Shown in pieces: positions 61,133 through 64,000 of a stretch of DNA of 64,000 bases. The DNA is from Patescibacteria group bacterium (GTDB taxonomy: Bacteria > Patescibacteriota > Minisyncoccia > Phycocordibacterales > PALSA-1337): NCBI GenBank assembly GCA_038061795.1, contig JBBTYL010000003.1:41-64040 (forward strand). Direction: 5' to 3'. The translations under genes and the position numbers were made by a program. Within the stretch, counting starts at the first letter, position 1. The number at the start of each line of letters is the position of its first letter. A model generated the notes under the pieces. It did no database searches, was not told the origin of the DNA, and saw only the letters and a program-made list of their open reading frames with translations.

Positions 61133-61240
61133 GAGCTGATCTTTCTGTCCTTGCGGACGGTAAGGGGTTTGCTGGCGTAACGCTATCACACCCAGACTAG
61201 TTAGGTCAAACCGAAGTTTTCTGCAATATGCATAAAAATA

Positions 61241-61774
61241 CTAGAGCGGAATATTTGACTCTCCCTCGAAGTTTTGTACGACTTCACCGAACTGCATGCT
61301 TTGTGAATCAAAAAGAAGCCAGATACTTTTTCCAATTGTTGGAGGAGTTGTGAATGGATCAGTTGGTGCTCGATCAGCATAATTTACGACCACAATCTTT
61401 CCCTTGCCTTTTTCTGTAGTCTGAGGAGCTATGCGATCACCAAGAAATAGCGCCTGTCCTCCGACATATCCTCGTTCGGTGTTGAGGGCTGCTACGACAT
61501 AATAGAAAGTTCCGCTTCCTCCTTTATTTTGAGTAATCAGGAAAACAACATCATCACGACCGTCATTATCAAGATCAGTCTTCAATTCGTTTCCGAAATA
61601 TTTAGTTTCATTACCAAGCCTGACTCGCTCACCTTCAATGATGAATTCAGCGTCCTTGTAGTCCGCAGCCACATAACCCTGTTTCTGCTCATAGATATAG
61701 TCGTTGAATGCGAAAAAAGCTGCAGCAAGCAGGACAAGTGCCGAGAAAATGATTAAAAGTTTTTGGGCGTTCAT
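61241..61774 (-). CDS. Secreted hypothetical protein with an FG-GAP/VCBS-like DxDxDGxxD motif
   Basis: Signal peptide MNAQKLLIIFSALVLLAAAFFA. TDLDNDGRDDVVFL calcium-binding-type motif. Confidence 0.5.
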   Translation of the reverse strand: MNAQKLLIIFSALVLLAAAFFAFNDYIYEQKQGYVAADYKDAEFIIEGERVRLGNETKYFGNELKTDLDNDGRDDVVFLITQNKGGSGTFYYVVAALNTERGYVGGQALFLGDRIAPQTTEKGKGKIVVVNYADRAPTDPFTTPPTIGKSIWLLFDSQSMQFGEVVQNFEGESNIPL

Positions 61775-61843
61775 GTTTAAATTATAATTTGTTTGCTGGA
61801 CATATAGAACAAGGCTAAAACTTATTTTACGGAATGATTAATC

Positions 61844-62096
61844 TTAACTATGATGCTTTTTCAAGTCACCAATAAGTTTTTTGGTCTCTTCAATAAAATA
61901 TTCCCAATCAGTATCCAGTAATTCAATTACAAGTGAAACCGTTTCATCACTGTTCTCGGGTCTGGAACCATATGAGGTTAGACCATGTAAGGATATTGTA
62001 GCACTTTTACTTGGAGTGAATAGACCCGTCGTGGTCAGGATTAAAATGAGACAAACGAGACAGTTGCAAGCTATATGGTTGAATGGTGCCTTTCAT
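61844..62096 (-). pseudogene. Possible frameshifted gene remnant
   Basis: ATG-initiated frame (MKGTIQPYSLQLSRLSHFNPDHDGSIHSK*) stops after 29 codons. A second frame without a start codon continues to a protein-like C-terminus (...SDETVSLVIELLDTDWEYFIEETKKLIGDLKKHHS*). Confidence 0.2.
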
Positions 62097-62171
62097 GCGA
62101 TTAAGTATACAAAAAGGAATTAGGTGGACTAGATGAGTTAAAATTAAAAAAATATTATATTTTTTAAAGAA

Positions 62172-62663
62172 CTAAGGATCAGGCCAATCTAGTTTACCAA
62201 TGAAATTCGTCTGGACTCTAGAATTAGTAATGTTACCCTTTGCAAATGTAAAAAATACTCGGTGCTTAGAAATGTATTTTGAAGCAGAATTTTTGAACCA
62301 CACCTCAACACTGGCGGTATATTCGCCATCTGGGATGTTGTAAAATTCCACACTATTAGAGTAATAATGTCCAGGAATAATAACAACCGGTTCATTTAAA
62401 TAATTATTAATTATTGTGGCTTGTTCATCTAATTTAAGTTGACGCCTATAAATAAGAATGTTTTCTTTCCCTTGATTTACAATAAACATTTTACTTGTTT
62501 CAAAATAAAGAAAAATTGAGGGAGTCTGATTTAATTCAAGTAATTGTTGATTAATATTATTCTGAAACATTCCAATGTAAAATGCAGCCAATAAAGTTAA
62601 CGACAATAGTATAATTTCTAATTGATTATGATATATACCTAATTTATTCCAAAAATATTTCAT
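62172..62663 (-). CDS. Membrane-anchored hypothetical protein (163 aa), strongly AT-rich
   Basis: ORF with one TM (LEIILLSLTLLAAFYIGMF). Only 2 nt separate its ATG from the discriminator base of tRNA-Gln. Confidence 0.5.
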   Translation of the reverse strand: MKYFWNKLGIYHNQLEIILLSLTLLAAFYIGMFQNNINQQLLELNQTPSIFLYFETSKMFIVNQGKENILIYRRQLKLDEQATIINNYLNEPVVIIPGHYYSNSVEFYNIPDGEYTASVEVWFKNSASKYISKHRVFFTFAKGNITNSRVQTNFIGKLDWPDP

Positions 62664-62665
62664 TG

Positions 62666-62736
62666 CTGGGGGATAGGGACTCGAACCCCAATACTCAGGA
62701 CCAAAACCTGATGTCCTACCATTAGACGATCCCCCA
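62666..62736 (-). tRNA. tRNA-Gln (anticodon UUG), CCA not encoded
   Basis: Hand-folded 71-nt cloverleaf. U1:A72 and G73 as in bacterial tRNA-Gln. Anticodon loop UUUUGGU. GGTTCGAGTCC T-arm. Confidence 0.9.
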
Positions 62737-62905
62737 AAATTCCGTTATGCCCTTAACCCAGCCCGTAATCTTGCGATTTAGGTCTGAACTTGCCCTTATA
62801 GTAACCCGCAAAAGTCCAATATACAAGGTTCCAGTATTTTTTCTTTTTATTTTTCTTGAAGTAGACATGCTTGAAGAAAGCGCACTGATGGATTTTATAA
62901 TAAGG

Positions 62906-62937
62906 CAAGAAAAAAGAGACGAACCGAAGTCCGCCTC
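62906..62937 (-). terminator. UUCG-capped rho-independent terminator after the dehydrogenase gene
   Basis: Minus strand AGAGGCGGAC-UUCG-GUUCGUCUCU (two G-U pairs) followed by UUUUUC. Confidence 0.6.
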
Positions 62938-62959
62938 TTGAGATCACGATATGAAGTGA

Positions 62960-64000
62960 TCAAGATCCAATCTTTTGTAAAACCATATCTCCCATTCCGC
63001 TACAGCCGAGCACTTTTTTACACCCACGCTCGGCGATGTCGCCAGTGCGGTAGCCTTCGCTGAGCACAGCATGCACCGCTTTTTCAATTGCCACCGCTCC
63101 GTTTTCAGCACCAATGTGCCTCAAGAGCATCGCTCCAGTCAGAATACGGCCAAGCGGATTCGCCTTGTCCTGTCCTGCAAGCGTCGGAGCTGTGCCGGCA
63201 CCACTTTCGAACATTGCTTGCCTAGTGTGCGGATTAATCGAGGAGCTGTGCATAAGACCCATTCCTCCAACCATCTCAGCCGCGCCGTCGGAAAGGATGT
63301 CCCCGTGTTCGTTACCGCAGGCGATAACACCGCGAAGCCGTTCCGGATGGAACAACAACATGTTGGCGGAATCCACGAGCTGATGTGTAAGTGTAACGTC
63401 TGAGAATTCAGCATCATGAACTTCTTGTGCGATTTTCCGCCAAAACATATAGCGAGACATGACATTCGCCTTGTCCACCGATATGAGCGGCAGACCTTTA
63501 GCACGTGCGTAGGCGAATGCGTCACGGAAGTATGAAATGAGCGTCAAGCGTCTGTAGTACGCAATTTCTGTGATTATTGGCTCCGTTCCGTCCACATCTT
63601 TTTTGAACTTCAGGCCAATTTTGTAAGGAATATCGCTGTAGTCGAAAAGATGGAACAAATCCGTCAATCCGAAGTAACTGTCCTCAAGCAGGAAACGAAT
63701 GAAGACCATCTCAACCCCTCCATCCGGAATGAGTTCTGGCCGAAGCGGTGAGAGATGCGACAATTCCTTCATCAGTATCATGGGCCTGAAGTTGAGCAGA
63801 AGACCGAGATTCTTACGGATAGGCAGAAGCGCACGAGCTTCAGGCATCATTTCAGGATGTTTCTTGCCAATAGTCGTGTCCATTGCAGGGTCACCGACGC
63901 CACCGAAGAAGATCGTGCCAATCTTGAGTGCCGTCTCCATTGATTCAGCAGGCGTTGTATCACCGCTTACCTCAAAGGCTTTCCAGCCCATAGGGGTGTT
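62960..64000 (-). CDS. Isopropylmalate/isocitrate/tartrate dehydrogenase family protein (partial, N-terminus beyond the window)
   Basis: NEHGDILSDGAAEMVGGMGL and ESGAGTAPTLAGQDKANPLGRILTGAMLLRH match family motifs. The first residues in the window align to about position 50 of LeuB-type enzymes. Confidence 0.8.
   Translation of the reverse strand, partial: NTPMGWKAFEVSGDTTPAESMETALKIGTIFFGGVGDPAMDTTIGKKHPEMMPEARALLPIRKNLGLLLNFRPMILMKELSHLSPLRPELIPDGGVEMVFIRFLLEDSYFGLTDLFHLFDYSDIPYKIGLKFKKDVDGTEPIITEIAYYRRLTLISYFRDAFAYARAKGLPLISVDKANVMSRYMFWRKIAQEVHDAEFSDVTLTHQLVDSANMLLFHPERLRGVIACGNEHGDILSDGAAEMVGGMGLMHSSSINPHTRQAMFESGAGTAPTLAGQDKANPLGRILTGAMLLRHIGAENGAVAIEKAVHAVLSEGYRTGDIAERGCKKVLGCSGMGDMVLQKIGS

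Noticed and set aside
58640-62736. Integrated mobile element at tRNA-Gln (integrase, att repeats)
   Set aside because: Reading by eye, I found no integrase, recombinase or transposase-like ORF and no direct repeat of the tRNA-Gln 3' end. The region is reported only as variable accessory DNA, not as a mobile element.
62747-62947. Two mutually antisense 64-aa ORFs between tRNA-Gln and the dehydrogenase gene
   Set aside because: Both are low-complexity. The region is better explained by the UUCG-capped terminator of the upstream gene plus the tRNA-Gln upstream region.

Overview
Gene-dense 64-kb segment (roughly 90% coding) from a small, moderately AT-rich bacterial genome. Almost all genes are on the minus strand. 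The content suggests a Candidate Phyla Radiation / Parcubacteria-type organism: short ribosomal proteins, C-terminally truncated AlaRS and UvrC, a split transketolase, many small secreted or membrane ORFans, and almost no Shine-Dalgarno sites. This placement is inference, since the window holds no rRNA to confirm it.

Recognisable content, in order:
- Tail of the ribosomal-protein/rpoA cluster (infA-rpmJ-rpsM-rpsK-rpsD-rpoA-rplQ, then rplM-rpsI).
- alaS, two peptidases, an SDR, UDG, mnmA, mltG, leuS, ychF.
- zwf and the membrane pyrophosphatase hppA.
- An autoregulated lexA operon, a NYN-domain gene, tRNA-Ala, ddl.
- uvrC and a uvrB-REC-uvrA operon.
- A pentose-phosphate block (split tkt, rpe-like, rpiB), Fic, gap, pyrD.
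- A plus-strand operon: ECF sigma, anti-sigma, MacA/MacB-type efflux, NDH-2.
- A variable region next to tRNA-Gln, then a partial isopropylmalate/isocitrate-dehydrogenase-family gene.

No rRNA, CRISPR array, transposase or integrase was recognised.

Most notable observations:
- A complete Nudix domain is nested inside the CP1 editing domain of LeuRS.
- A recurrent leaderless promoter geometry, with a -10 box 6-8 nt upstream of the ATG.
- Several non-coding units delimited by a promoter, a terminator or both: between uvrC and ddl, next to tRNA-Ala, and divergent from uvrB.
- A toxin-antitoxin and membrane-ORF insertion between the two transketolase halves.
- A visibly more G+C-rich ORFan islet that contains a type I dehydroquinase-like gene interrupted by an in-frame TAG.
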